Below, piece by piece: positions 1 to 13,974 of a DNA stretch of 43,489 nucleotides. The position numbers and the translations under genes were made by a program. Each line of letters opens with the position of its first letter. The stretch's first letter is position 1. Under the pieces are notes generated by a model that saw nothing but the letters and a program-made list of their open reading frames with translations, made no database searches and was not told the DNA's origin. The stretch comes from Octopus bimaculoides (taxonomy: Eukaryota): positions 91,301,762-91,345,250 of the forward strand of contig NC_068985.1 of assembly GCF_001194135.2 (NCBI RefSeq), read 5' to 3'.

Positions 1-378
1 ATATATATATATATATATACACATATCATATACACGCAAACACACAAATATATATATTGCAATACTACATTCGACTAGTGCAACTGGGTGCGCCGAAATT
101 GGACGACAGCGGACGAGTTTCAAGAGACGCATGTGCTTTTTATGTATGTGTTGTAATCCTATGTAGTTTTATGCTTGGTTTGAGCGTTATCCCAATATGT
201 AGAAAAGAAAACGAGCAAAGTATAAAAGGGTAGATTCTACAATCTATTCAATAGGTATGTGTTACACGTTCTGACGATTTCACTATCAACAATAATCGCG
301 TAATGGGTCTCCAATAACCCACATTTTATGCTACTGGATGATACCCGAGGTAGTGTGATATAACATAAGATCTGGTTA

Positions 379-419
<41 letters not shown>

Positions 420-420
420 T

Positions 421-767
421 GGAATTGCAATGGCTCAGTGATTAGGGCAGCGGACTCGCGGTCGTTTGGATTCCCAGACCGGGCATTGTGTGTGTTTATT
501 TAGCAAAAATACGTAAAGCTACTCGAAGCTCCGGTTGGGTATTGTGGTGAACCCTGCTGTACTCTTTTATTGTTTCTTCTTGTTTCTATTGTAGCTGTAT
601 TTCTAAGGTCCACCCTTGTCACACTTTGTGTCACTCTGAATCTTCCCCGAGAACTACATTAAGCGTACACGTGACTGTGGAGTGTCTCAGCCATTGCACG
701 TTAATTCCACGAGCGGACTCTCCCGTTGAACGGATCAACTAGAACCTTCATCGTCATAACCTACGGG
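421..767 (+). mobile_element. tRNA-derived SINE (family C), decayed
   Basis: A-box-like TGGCTCAGTGA at 431-441 and a degenerate B-box region (TTGGATTCCC). The GC-richer body ends ...CGGATCAACTAGAACCTTCATCGTCATAACC, which I recall as a LINE-like 3' tail in octopus repeats (unverified). Directly follows a (TA)n run. Confidence 0.55.
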
Positions 768-786
768 GTCCCATGATGCATATCTC

Positions 787-995
787 TACGAGGGAGTGCT
801 GAAAAAGTAGGGTATCGCGAAAAGCTGGCTGTTGGCCCAAACTTCCTAGTTCTTCTACAGTGCTTAGACAAACTGAAGGACGGCAGCAATAAGTGTATGT
901 GCCTGAGATGGGAATACACTGAATAAATTCATAATTAACTGATCTTCCTATATTTTCTTTAATCAAAAGGCAGAAAATTTTCAGCTCCTCTCGTA
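787..995 (+). mobile_element. Mariner-derived MITE / internally deleted mariner
   Basis: Imperfect TIRs (left TACGAGGGAGTGCTGAAAA; right TTTTCAGCTCCTCTCGTA), each ending in TA. The interior reads LVLLQCLDKLKDGSNKCMCLRWEYTE*, matching the mariner transposase C-terminal pattern (..W.KC....GEYVE*). Confidence 0.75.
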
Positions 996-1437
996 TATTT
1001 ATGAATGTATGTTTACATGCATATATATGTGTGTGCATGTGTGCATCTATATATGTAGATTGAATATGCAGGAATTGAGCCTTATCGCACTTTGTTGCTG
1101 TTCTTATTGAAAGCTGTCTTCATGGAAAAAATCAAATTGAAGGAGGCTAAACATTTTGCATAGGGGAGATACGAAGAAAACTATGTTTGATCATCTCATA
1201 TCAAGATTGCACTAAAACGTGCTAAACAGATACGATAACTATCCCAGTATTAAAAACGATCACTTTATTTTCTGAAAGATAGATTTGAGGGTACAAATCT
1301 CAGCCCTTTAATAAACGGTTATGTGCCGTTAGACTCTTTAAAGGAGCAAAATAATGTGATTTTGTCATCTCAGAATTCTTCCATAATAAAAGGCCATACA
1401 CCCTGACGATTAAATTGCCAGGGGCAGTGCTGATTAT

Positions 1438-2050
1438 AATAACTTGGTGCAATGATTTTCGTGCACATTATGGTGAAAATTGCTGTGCAAACTTCAAAAA
1501 TCTTTCGCTAACATGGAGTAACAAACAATTCTGTTTATTCGATTTCCAATAATGTCATGGCCTGTCATATTTCGAAATAACTGATAATTTATCTTGTCAT
1601 CATATTATAACCTGACATCCATCGCTGCTTCTTTCGAGCAGGACGATCGACATCATAAACATTTGGATGTTTTAGAAAATGTAAGGGAGAGAATTCAGTA
1701 ATTGTTCATCACCTTTATGGAGCTCCCTAAAACACTTACTACCGTATACAATAATGCATGTTCAATACAACTGAAGAAAATCTGCCAAAAAGATTACATA
1801 ATAATGTAGTTATTTCCATTCTTAAAGAAATGAGATTTCCCTTCCTAAATGAACGGCATTTATCTCAATTAGAACCATCTGAATCATTCACGATGAATAA
1901 CGTGATTATCTTTTCTACTATCTTTTAACAATCTTTTGCCCTATGTTCTACGTTATGCCTCGTTAAGCCTTCATTACATCGGACATCGTTGACACAGTGA
2001 ACATTCGCAAATTCGGGATCAATACATTGCATGCTGTTGGAGGAAACCTA
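1438..2050 (+). pseudogene. Highly decayed mariner transposase remnant
   Basis: Reads TTEENLPKRL...SILKEMRFPFLN (cf. LTE.N...R..IC.SLL.R....PFL), KPSLHRT (cf. KP.LHPKK) and GSIHCMLLEE (cf. G.IHYELL). Possible TIR remnant TTGGTGCAA near 1444. Contains stops. Confidence 0.45.
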
Positions 2051-2202
2051 CTCCCACAAAACAGAGAAAAATAGACGTAATTAAATAACAAAAGAAAAGT
2101 ATTAATCATGTTAAGTACGTAAAACTCAAAGAAACTGTCTTTTCCAGCAAATTATCAACAAGGTGACGGAAATAATTCCTTAGAAATACACTGATACTCG
2201 TA

Positions 2203-2762
2203 TATATGGTGCGTTTAAAAGGTATCCACTTTTATCTGGTTCTGTTAAAAGTAATGCCACGTGGGCTAAATCCTTTGGTTGGGAAATGAGGCTACTCTTC
2301 CTGCGCGTGTATTATTCTCAGAGTAGAGACGCGTAGTGCATGCTCGACGGATGTTCGCTTTCACGTAAGATGACCTAACGCGTCTACCAGAAATATAAGA
2401 TGAAGTGTTGCCAAAAGCTAGTTGACACTCAAACTAAATCCATCCAGAAGATTTAGCAGGCCTTAGGCTATTACACCATGAGCAAAACTCAGATAAGGAA
2501 ACCGAGTAATGTTCAAGCAGGCCATCCGCATGCTGAAACGGAATAGTATTCAAAAGGTTTCGGCTGGTCATGGAACATTGAGAATGTTTCGAGTAGTAAT
2601 GGAAGACCGGCGACTAACCAACCAAGAAATTGGTCAGGAAGTGGGAATAAGCAAAAGATAAGGGCATTCCATTTTAACGGAGGATTTGTGCATGCGGAGA
2701 AAGTCGGCCAAATTTCTTCCCAAATATCTGGCGAGCAACAGTAGCAAGTCCGCATGGACTTT
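2203..2762 (+). mobile_element. Mariner element A: 5' end and transposase N-terminus (pseudogene)
   Basis: From the ATG at 2370: MT*RVYQKYKMKCCQKLVDTQTKSIQKI*QALG..MSKTQI; after a frameshift RVVMEDRRLTNQEIGQEVGISKR*GHSILTEDLCMRRKSAKFLPK. These match mariner HTH1, HTH2 and the F/WVP linker. The 5' boundary is approximate. Confidence 0.85.
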
Positions 2763-2764
2763 AC

Positions 2765-3603
2765 TCAGCATATACGACCAAGATGATCGCCGATATTCTC
2801 CAGGTGTTTAAATAGTGTACTGAAAAATCATCTGGATCCAATTGGTTACGTCAATAGGCTCGATGTTTCAGTCAAACGTCAGTTGAATGGGATTAAACTC
2901 GCCCAGACATTCCGTCTGAGATTTCTCGCAGTAACCTCAAGAAAACTATCTATTTTAAAGAGAATAGTGACAGGAAGTAAATTGGATCATCTATACCAAT
3001 TTGAAGTGCAAAAGATCGTCGGAAGCATGGCGAACTACAATAAACATTCTCAAAAGTAGGACTTAGTGCAAAGAAAATTCATCTTTGAATTTAGTCGTAT
3101 GAGAAGGATGATGTATTCTTCCTACAAGCAGAACTATCAATACGTATTGTGACTATTTGGACAAATTTAGCACAACGATCTACAAGAAATCTCTAGCCAT
3201 TGCTCATCTTTAGATTTTATCTTTCATCAAGACAATGCCAGAGCGCATATTTCCTTGTAAATGCAGCAGAAATTATAGGAGCTTGTCTGCAACGTTTTAC
3301 CGTACGATCCATATTCGAACGTCTTCACGCTTTTAGATTTGCAAATGTTTTGGTCTCTTCAAACTTCCCTAAATGATCGCACCTTCAACTTTGAAGATGA
3401 TATAAGAATCCAAATGGAAATGTTTTTAACTGTAAATATACTAAAATCTCGGAGCAAGATACAACGGGTTTACCATGAAGCTGGCAGGCGTTATTGGAAC
3501 GAAGCAATAAGGATTTTGTTGAATGAATAAATCACTAGTAATCTAAATCTTTGTCTTATGCTCGCCTAAAAAAAAAGCGCAAGCAATTGCTTGCCAACCA
3601 ATA
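2765..3603 (+). mobile_element. Mariner element B: HTH2 to 3' TIR, catalytic domain (pseudogene)
   Basis: With frameshifts reads TTKMIADILQV..ENHLDPIGYVNRLDVSV..; SILKRIVTG..(K)WIIYTNLKCKRS; FIFHQDNARAH; VLPYDPYS..LDLQMFWSLQTSLNDRTF. Ends in a TIR-like AAAAAAGCGCAAGCAATTGCTTGCCAACCAATA. Confidence 0.9.
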
Positions 3604-5818
3604 ATTTGTTTGATTTCGCAGTTACTGTCTTGGGAAGAGCGAAAGGAGTTTATCCTTTGCTTATTCGTCTATTTTGCTTCCCGTTCGATTGATGCTGCAG
3701 AATACTTGATGAGATATTTTATGCTCTGGCATCTGTACTGGTAGGTTTATTCTCTTTAGATTTTAATGGTTTATTAGATTTCAAAGTAAAAGAATAATGA
3801 TACACAATACTACTGGCATGATCGCAAGTAATTTGAAGATATTGATACTTCGCATCATAACTTAACTATTTCTCAAATGTTGGAACGCACTACAAGAAGT
3901 AAAGCTGTAGATAAAAGGAAGTCAAACAAACACACCAAATCCGTGTCGCACTTTTTATGTAAGTCATGGGGAATTAGTAAATATTCTTGACTGACAACAG
4001 CTGCAGAGTTAACATAGTTAATAGTCAAATTGGGAGAAATATGCATGGACATGTTGGGTAAGTTCACTGTCACACCCAATTTTGGAGAATCTTCCTCAAT
4101 TATATATGAAATTATTGATATATTCTGTTGTGAATACAATAAAAGGAAAATGTCATCTTTAACATTCCAACATGCTATACATGTTGATGTAATACGATAC
4201 CATTTAACGGTTTCACGTTTGAAAATTATTGAAATACCTTTTACATACGCATATTCATGGATCTTTGCGTACTTTAGTGAACGTGTCTATGGTTGTATTG
4301 CTTATATTGAGACATGTTCAATGCATTTAGATTTATATTTAAACTGCTTCATGGAACATTTATATTTATGATAAGTAGTGAAATTTCATTGCACGATATC
4401 GTATTCAAACCTGTCTTGCTACATACAGACGCATATGTGTGTGTCGACAGAATAATTAAAGACAATAATATAATATTGAACCGACTGTAATTTTATATCA
4501 TCAAGAAGCAATTTGAGTGTGTGTATTAATTTGGTTCATCCTCATGTTGCGCTATGTCTATATTTCTGTCATATAACTTATGTGTTTCATTGTACAAAAA
4601 ATTAAAATAAAGCTATTCAATAAAGCGTTGGAGTAATCAGACTCAGGCAACTCGTGAAATGCATATTTCACAAATATTTCATCAAAACCACTATAATATT
4701 AAAAGAAAGGTCGTATTTTCTCATTCACAAACTTTTATGGATACTTCTGGCATCAATGCATATCTGAAAGAGATAGATGTGAATACTTGATTGCTCCTTT
4801 TGAGAAAATAAGTAAAAATTACCAAAACAATTTATCGGCCTCGAAGCAACGAACGATTATTCTTTGCGAAATATCGAATATACAGTCACTTATGATAACC
4901 TGATAAATACAAGTTTGAATATTTCATAATTTGTTGCTTCAGCGTGCAATGTTAATAATGATATATCGTTGATACAATATATTGAATCATGACGGATACT
5001 ACAATAATGGTAATAGATTTAAATGTTTAATTATAGGTTAAGCAGCCTTGTTAGAATTAAGTATTCCATATACTAGCTAATGCGAAATACATATTATGTA
5101 TATCATTGCTACTGAAATGCGTCACTTCCTACGTGAATAATTTACACACTCGTATAACTTTGGTTCTGTGTAAAGTTGGTGAATATCTAGTAAAAGTAGA
5201 CGGATGCTACAATTGTTTCATTAAGGCACTTCAATTTAACATAAACTTAGTAGATTCAAGTATGTATCAATCACAACAAAACAACGCATACAAAACTGTT
5301 ATAGGTTACTGAACGCTCAATTCATTAGTTTTCCTGAATACACGAGCGAACAGTGACATGCTGATAAATCAACAGTTAACCGATTAGACCATTCCACAGA
5401 AATAAATCTTTCACAAACTATTCCATTTCGGAAAAATATATACTTTTTTCAGAAATCATTAATTCATTCCTCTATTAACATTAACCGGTTTAATTTTCAG
5501 AATTAAGTGCCCTTCATCAAAATACGTGACAGTTTTTAAAACTCGAGATAACGACTGACACTGATTTGAAAATATTAATCAGTTATATAAATGCGTTTAT
5601 TAAAAAATAATCTTTAATTCCTTCGATAACAAATTTGACACATCTGATATTGTTTCCTCGGAAAGTTTTGCACAACTTTTAGTTTCAAAAATACTTTTTT
5701 TTTATATTCGTGTAATGATTACATCGAAAAATATATTTTACCTTAGTTGAGGATTCGTGAAGTGCTACATCAATTTTGAGAAATGTGCGGCTAACAATAC
5801 TGAAGCATAATATCTATG

Positions 5819-5907
5819 GAATTTATCAAGTAGCTAGCGGGGAAAAAAAAAACCTCAGGAGGGAAAAATTCATCATTTATTCCCCAAAATATATTTATTT
5901 ATATAAG
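5819..5907. repeat. 89-bp direct repeat, copy 1
   Basis: GAATTTATCAAGTAGCTAGCG...TTCATCATTTATTCCCCAAAATATATTTATTTATATAAG recurs at 6309-6397 with a few differences in the middle. Confidence 0.9.
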
Positions 5908-6308
5908 GGCATTACTATACATGAATACCTCACGCTAAGAGGTACTCTAAGATCAAACACATAATAAACACATTTTACCGAACGCGAGGAAATGCAACTC
6001 TCAAAGCTAGCCCCTTAAAAACAGACTAAATTATAGAACATGATTTCGTAGTTATTGCAGTATTATGCAACTTCTACTCGTCAGTATAATATGGTCAAGA
6101 TACATAGAAATAAACAGAAAATCAACATACCAAACGCACACCTCGTGTATCCATCATAGCATACAGAAGATTGTTTATCCCTATATAAGTTGCGGACTTT
6201 TCGAATTGCATCTTGGTACACGTGTTTTTTTTTTCAGAATAAATTAAGCACTGAATATATTCTGGTTATTTATTTAATTAACTAATAATAGGATGAATTC
6301 TTTTATAA

Positions 6309-6397
6309 GAATTTATCAAGTAGCTAGCGTGAAAAAAAAAAACGCATAAGGGAAAAAATTCATCATTTATTCCCCAAAATATATTTATTTATATAAG
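6309..6397. repeat. 89-bp direct repeat, copy 2
   Basis: Near-identical to 5819-5907. Confidence 0.9.
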
Positions 6398-9300
6398 TTA
6401 CAAAGATTTAAATGCATGTATTTTAACGAGCTCGTAATATTCAACAATACTTAAGGAATTTGAAATATTCCCATTACATATATTTCTTAATTTTGAAATG
6501 TAAGAATTATGATATTTTCAATGCCTTCTGGCAGATAATTACGTGAACGTCTGATCCCTTTTGTCTTACGACATCGGATAATTTTCCGTCTATATACTCG
6601 GTGCTCTTCCACACACTGGTGAACGGCATACTTTAAGAACACAACGGTTAGAATAGGCAGGTGTTCTCCGATGAAAATTACCAACATTGAACTAATGATC
6701 ACATATGTTATTGTTTGGGAATGTGCTACCCTCTGCACTTCATTAATTATTTTCTGAATTATCTCATTGTTTCTAACGTATAAAATTCAAATATCCCAGT
6801 CGAAATTTGTTTTATTATGTAGTCTACAAATATTTTTCTTATTCTATTAAAATATGCCTCACTCCGTCAGTCTTTCTCAATCTCTTTCTCTCTCTCACAC
6901 TTCCTCTTATACTCACAAATTCTATGGACTACAACTTTGTCATCGAATTCCATGAATGTTATTCGGCTACAGATTCTACAACTTTTACGGAATGATACCT
7001 TGTAGAAAATAGGGTAATCCAGATTTTTTTTCCATAATTTGTTTTCAGATGTTGAATTAATGTTTAAAGAGTGACACTTAAGAATGTTTTACAAGTAAAA
7101 AAAAGACATTGAGATCCGTACACGTTATAAATAAACTAAATCTAAGAAGTTAAATGATAATATCTTCATCAATTCTTAATAAGACAACAGCTAGACAAAG
7201 TAGTCTACAAAAAACTTAAAGAAAATATATGAAGCAACGTATAAAGTAAAAAGCTTTGAAACTTCTAACGGAAACTTACTTTCGCATCATATCTATACAC
7301 TTCACATAAATATATACAAATCAGGTAAAATAGAAACAACTTATCCACACATATGTGTGAGATAAGGAAAATCTGTTTTCTTTTCGTTAATGGAAGTTAT
7401 GTAGGTATATTAAAAAAGAACATTTCTAGAAGAATCAAAAAATACGTGCTTTCGGAAGATCAAAATGCATTGCTTACGCAATACGCATGGACTGGATAAA
7501 TCATAGAAATTCAAGAAGCCTTAAAAGAGGTAGTTTATCAGATGGAAATCTATATAAACATTCAAGAATGAATTATTTGGAAATGTCAGAAAATCGCAGA
7601 AACCAATCACGGGCAAGCTCCTAAGATTATGCACTTAAGGTTTAAGTCGGCACCGAATACATTTTCTGAAAAAAATGCGTTCTTTTATTGTATAATCTTT
7701 TAAGTGACGGTTTATACTTAACGTTTACATATATGTATGTATATATANNNNNNNNNNNNNNNNNNNNNNNNNNNNNNNNNNNNNNNNNNNNNNNNNNNNN
7801 NNNNNNNNNNNNNNNNNNNNNNNNNNNNNNNNNNNNNNNNNNNNNNNNNNNNNNNNNNNNNNNNNNNNNNNNNNNNNNNNNNNNNNNNNNNNNNNNNNNN
7901 NNNNNNNNNNNNNNNNNNNNNNNNNNNNNNNNNNNNNNNNNNNNNNNNNNNNNNNNNNNNNNNNNNNNNNNNNNNNNNNNNNNNNNNNNNNNNNNNNNNN
8001 NNNNNNNNNNNNNNNNNNNNNNNNNNNNNNNNNNNNNNNNNNNNNNNNNNNNNNNNNNNNNNNNNNNNNNNNNNNNNNNNNNNNNNNNNNNNNNNNNNNN
8101 NNNNNNNNNNNNNNNNNNNNNNNNNNNNNNNNNNNNNNNNNNNNNNNNNNNNNNNNNNNNNNNNNNNNNNNNNNNNNNNNNNNNNNNNNNNNNNNNNNNN
8201 NNNNNNNNNNNNNNNNNNNNNNNNNNNNNNATATATATATATATATATACATGCCTATACATATATACATAAACACATGCAGACAAACACACATATGCAT
8301 ATATGCACATGTGTGTATGTGTAACTATGTGATTGTGTGTGCGCGAAATATGTTCTCTGAGAACATGCTTGTGTGTGTTTATTAAAAAGTAATGTTATGT
8401 TTTACCAATTATGCTACGAACATTTTACTGTATGTTTTTGTATCGAATTTAATGGATTCCTGAGACGATTTTGAAAGATAAACATTTTGAAGCATTTAAT
8501 GCCACATTATGTAAGGCAGAAACTACTAAGAATTCCTCACAAATGTGTTTACAATTTACTGTGAACAAGTAGACAAGTATTATAATATGCATACACACAA
8601 ATGTGCAAGCACTTTAAACTCATAAATTTTACTATTTTTAATTTCATAGTATGTAACTTTTACTGAACACACATCTAAAACCAATTTATGTAAGTATAAT
8701 AACGTTATAAGAAACTTATTAACAGAGGCGAGCTTCCTGTTTTTATATTTGTATATGCCCACCAGTATTACCTGATTAAAAATTCTCATTAATTCTATTA
8801 CCTGGCGAAATATCAACAAGGCATATATGATATATAATGAATATTTATATTGCGAAGGCATAGCTACAATGTTTGGTAACATACTTGGACACATAACTCC
8901 TGAAATCATTGTAAAAACTAATATGTGTAATTTTGTTAAAACTATCCAATCTGAATCGTAGTAGTGTTGGACAAATCGTATCAAAATCAAACAAAATTTA
9001 GGTACTTGAAGTAAACGATCATTAAAACAACGAATTATTCATTTATGATCGATGGAAGAGACACTTATTCAAAATCAGGGTTGACAAATGTGAGAAGCAA
9101 ACGAAATAACAGCACCGATTTCTCTATTAGGGATTTTTTTTTAACAATATCAATATATCAATGTTGGAAGTTAAAGTAAATCTGTCATCGCACGTGTCAG
9201 CATTGATAATTCGTTAATGCATGTATACACACACACACACACACACATACGCACAAATATATATATATAAAAGTGTGTGTGTGTGTGTGTGTATGTATGT

Positions 9301-11317
9301 GTGATTGCATCCATCGAAGTATGGATGAATATATATATATATATANNNNNNNNNNNNNNNNNNNNNNNNNNNNNNNNNNNNNNNNNNNNNNNNNNNNNNN
9401 NNNNNNNNNNNNNNNNNNNNNNNNNNNNNNNNNNNNNNNNNNNNNNNNNNNNNNNNNNNNNNNNNNNNNNNNNNNNNNNNNNNNNNNNNNNNNNNNNNNN
9501 NNNNNNNNNNNNNNNNNNNNNNNNNNNNNNNNNNNNNNNNNNNNNNNNNNNNNNNNNNNNNNNNNNNNNNNNNNNNNNNNNNNNNNNNNNNNNNNNNNNN
9601 NNNNNNNNNNNNNNNNNNNNNNNNNNNNNNNNNNNNNNNNNNNNNNNNNNNNNNNNNNNNNNNNNNNNNNNNNNNNNNNNNNNNNNNNNNNNNNNNNNNN
9701 NNNNNNNNNNNNNNNNNNNNNNNNNNNNNNNNNNNNNNNNNNNNNNNNNNNNNNNNNNNNNNNNNNNNNNNNNNNNNNNNNNNNNNNNNNNNNNNNNNNN
9801 NNNNNNNNNNNNNNNNNNNNNNNNNNNNNNNATATATATATATATGCATATATATATGTATGTATATATATTATATATATATATATAAATGAGATTTAGT
9901 AAAATAAGAAATTATGGAGAACAGTAAGAACATATATAAATGTATTATATAGGTTCAAGCGTAGCACCATTAAATGCTAATTTCAAAAATATTTAAATTT
10001 ACGGGTGACCCTATGTACGCATGATACCCTTAGGTTTAATCCATTATAAACCACGTTGCTCTTGTCCGTATACATAAAAAGTTCATAAGTTTCATTAGGA
10101 TACATCTCGCACCCGTATCGACTATCCCTATAAGGCTACGCATATAATATCCCATTTAAGGCTAAATTAATATAAACATAGCATGATTTATTTTCCCAGT
10201 ATTCCCTAAATATATACCCACATCAAACTTTATAGAAACCACCTAATTGAGTAAATAATTAAGTACAGGAATGGATATGAAACTAATTCTATGTAATTTT
10301 ACTTTTCTAATGTTGAAAATTGGTATATATATATAGGTTGTCTATTCTGTTTAAAATATTATTTTTTAGTAATCTTAAATTTTATATTTATACAACATAA
10401 CAATATTGTTTATATACAATCATCCATAGTACCCCATGATAATTTCCTCTGTATTAACATGAACAAGTTTTATTTGCGTTTTGCCTCTTTAACCGTTAAT
10501 TAACATCTTCCCCTAACCAGCCTCCTTTATAGACCACTTATAAAATTCCTAAAACCCTGACAATATTTATGACCATACCCAACTATAAACTGTCAACACA
10601 CTCTGTCAATCCATTCTAACCAGACACTGTCCTCTAGCCTTAGATTTAGTAGTAGATAAGAAAAGACAAATTAATTAAAAATGAACCAAAATTCATTACA
10701 GGCTATGACCTTAAACTTCAAACAGTTCTTAGAAGTGTAGTATATACGTAGCTACATGGACTCATTCTCTCTTCTTGCTCTATTAGAAAATTTCAGTAAA
10801 ATTATATTAATGTGATCAACTGATTAAAAATTCTCTTTATTTATGGAGCTGAGGAGTGTTCTGCATTTAAACTTATGTAATGACTGCATTGTTCAATTAA
10901 ATGGAGCTGCACCAAACGGTCGGACTGCATCACCACTTGATATACTGTTGCTTATTTTGATATATATATATATATNNNNNNNNNNNNNNNNNNNNNNNNN
11001 NNNNNNNNNNNNNNNNNNNNNNNNNNNNNNNNNNNNNNNNNNNNNNNNNNNNNNNNNNNNNNNNNNNNNNNNNNNNNNNNNNNNNNNNNNNNNNNNNNNN
11101 NNNNNNNNNNNNNNNNNNNNNNNNNNNNNNNNNNNNNNNNNNNNNNNNNNNNNNNNNNNNNNNNNNNNNNNNNNNNNNNNNNNNNNNNNNNNNNNNNNNN
11201 NNNNNNNNNNNNNNNNNNNNNNNNNNNNNNNNNNNNNNNNNNNNNNNNNNNNNNNNNNNNNNNNNNNNNNNNNNNNNNNNNNNNNNNNNNNNNNNNNNNN
11301 NNNNNNNNNNNNNNNNN

Positions 11318-11368
<51 letters not shown>

Positions 11369-11395
11369 GTATGCATATATATATATATGTATATA

Positions 11396-11435
<40 letters not shown>

Positions 11436-11436
<1 letters not shown>

Positions 11437-11481
11437 GGAGAGAGAGAGAGAGAGACTGAGAGAGAGACTGAGAGAGAGACT
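11436..11481. repeat. (GA)n with (GAGAGAGACT)n higher-order units in a compound TA/TG microsatellite block
   Basis: Direct reading. Confidence 0.85.
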
Positions 11482-11567
11482 GAGAGAGAGACATATATAT
11501 ATATGTATGTATGGACATATATGTGTGTGTCTCTGTCTCTCTCTCTCTCTCTATATATATATATACA

Positions 11568-11625
11568 GTTGGAATTTACAAAAACAAAAGACGAAGACAG
11601 GTGTGAAAACAACAAACAGGTGTAT
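11568..11625 (+). repeat. Short interspersed repeat fragment, copy 1
   Basis: GGAATTTACAAAAACAAAAGACGAAGACAGGTGTGAAAACAACAAACAGGTGTAT resembles 13975-14040; both follow (TA)n. Confidence 0.7.
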
Positions 11626-12135
11626 ATATATATATATACGCAGACTAAACAGTGTGTCTGTGTACATATGTCTATATTGTTTGATTGAGTGAAAAAGAAT
11701 TAGAGATTCAAATATACTTTAAAGAGTATTTAAGGAGAACATTATACAGAATTTAACGGGAAAATTCCAAAAAGCTGTTTCATATCATAGTCTAATACAA
11801 ATAAACAAGTGTTTGTGCAGCAGAATATTTATCACACAGAATCAGTTTAGCTTTCTTCTAAGCGCTCGTTTCTGATCATGTTTCTACTGTATATGTAGGT
11901 GCCACAGCAGTGGTATTTGGTTAATTCGGTTTGTGATGTTATTATGACACGTTCATCAACACTCTCGATTACTTATCTGAATATATTAATCTATCAGTTG
12001 GTTAACGTAAAAATTTATGTTTAGAAGAAATGTTTCTCCAGTTTTTTTTTAAAGTATGTAATTGATTTACCATGCACACCTGCACCGCAGTAGACGGGCA
12101 CATGCATGTGTTTATGCATATACACACATACACAC

Positions 12136-12166
<31 letters not shown>

Positions 12167-13877
12167 NNNNNNNNNNNNNNNNNNNNNNNNNNNNNNNNNN
12201 NNNNNNNNNNNNNNNNNNNNNNNNNNNNNNNNNNNNNNNNNNNNNNNNNNNNNNNNNNNNNNNNNNNNNNNNNNNNNNNNNNNNNNNNNNNNNNNNNNNN
12301 NNNNNNNNNNNNNNNNNNNNNNNNNNNNNNNNNNNNNNNNNNNNNNNNNNNNNNNNNNNNNNNNNNNNNNNNNNNNNNNNNNNNNNNNNNNNNNNNNNNN
12401 NNNNNNNNNNNNNNNNNNNNNNNNNNNNNNNNNNNNNNNNNNNNNNNNNNNNNNNNNNNNNNNNNNNNNNNNNNNNNNNNNNNNNNNNNNNNNNNNNNNN
12501 NNNNNNNNNNNNNNNNNNNNNNNNNNNNNNNNNNNNNNNNNNNNNNNNNNNNNNNNNNNNNNNNNNNNNNNNNNNNNNNNNNNNNNNNNNNNNNNNNNNN
12601 NNNNNNNNNNNNNNNNNNNNNNNNNNNNNNNNNNNNNNNNNNNNNNNNNNNNNNNNNNNNNNNNNNNNNNNNNNNNNNNNNNNNNNNNNNNNNNNNNNNN
12701 NNNNNNNNNNNNNNNNNNNNNNNNNNNNNNNNNNNNNNNNNNNNNNNNNNNNNNNNNNNNNNNNNNNNNNNNNNNNNNNNNNNNNNNNNNNNNNNNNNNN
12801 NNNNNNNNNNNNNNNNNNNNNNNNNNNNNNNNNNNNNGGCAACATATTAAAACCAAGTGGGAGAGAGCAGAGGAAGAATATATAAGTCCATCTTGACATA
12901 GCAGGGTCTATCAGGCTAGTAATTGATTCTAGACAAAAGTTTTAACTGTCTCAGAATTCTATTGTTTCTTATCTAGTGGTGATAGCAAAGGGACAATTAC
13001 GTCTAAAGAGAGGGAAGGTGTAAGCAGTATGCATGGGCAAGGCTATAAAAGTATTAGAATCTAGAGGTTTCACTGGTCATAGTAGTATCAGGTCATTTTA
13101 TTACTATCAAAATGTTGAGGAATTAATGTTGAGGAATTATAGCCCTATATATATATAGGTTAATAGTAGTCGTCTCTCCGCCTCCTTCGATAAATATGTG
13201 CTTGTTTATCTATATAAGTTCAGTCAATCACATAACATATGGTAATTATAGAAAAACAATTCTGTTTTTTTGTTTAATTAAAATAAGTAACGGTTGTATA
13301 TTGAGACGTGTGATACAAATCTTAATAATACAGTAACAACTCTCATCTATCACGTTATACTCTAAAATACATAATTTTTTCTTTTTTTTAATTTCCTTTT
13401 CCTTTAAGTGTATCAAGAATATCTGTGTTTACAATCACACCAGAGACGATTCTAAAAAATATCGGAAAATTAAAATTATATACTTCAGCTTTTAATTATA
13501 ATTTCGTTATTTGACAGTTTTTACTCGATTGAATTAAACTACATTGCACAAGAAATTATTTCAATTACATTTACAGGAATATATCTATATATTAGAAAAT
13601 TGCTGCCTGTTATTCATTGCATGTTATTCATTCTAATGTTGTTCTTTACGAAACTAAAATGTAAAATATGATATCTACACAGAGTAATGGCAACTCGTTT
13701 CAGGAGCACACAATGAATTATTTTTTGGCTCTTGGACGTCACAATATGTCCTATGTAATAGTGACTTATGCTTCTCAAAATAATATCAGTATCCTTAAAT
13801 ATTACTCGGTATACGATAAAGAATTGTGGTTCTACTCTAGCAAAGAGCAATGGTTCATACATACGTAAATACACACA

Positions 13878-13916
<39 letters not shown>

Positions 13917-13930
13917 ATACATGCATACAT

Positions 13931-13974
<44 letters not shown>

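Noticed and set aside
7642-12899. Long ORFs in the supplied track (190-290 aa) here, and similar ones at 15.5k, 21.9k and 39.7-40.9k
   Set aside because: They are open only because they cross N-gaps (7748-8230, 9346-9831, 10976-11317, 12167-12837, 15684-15835, 22009-22201, 39802-40765) and TA/TG microsatellites.
10040-13330. Strand-skewed segments at 10040-10660 and 12840-13330 that may be old retroelement fragments
   Set aside because: No convincing protein motif or second copy was recognised by eye.
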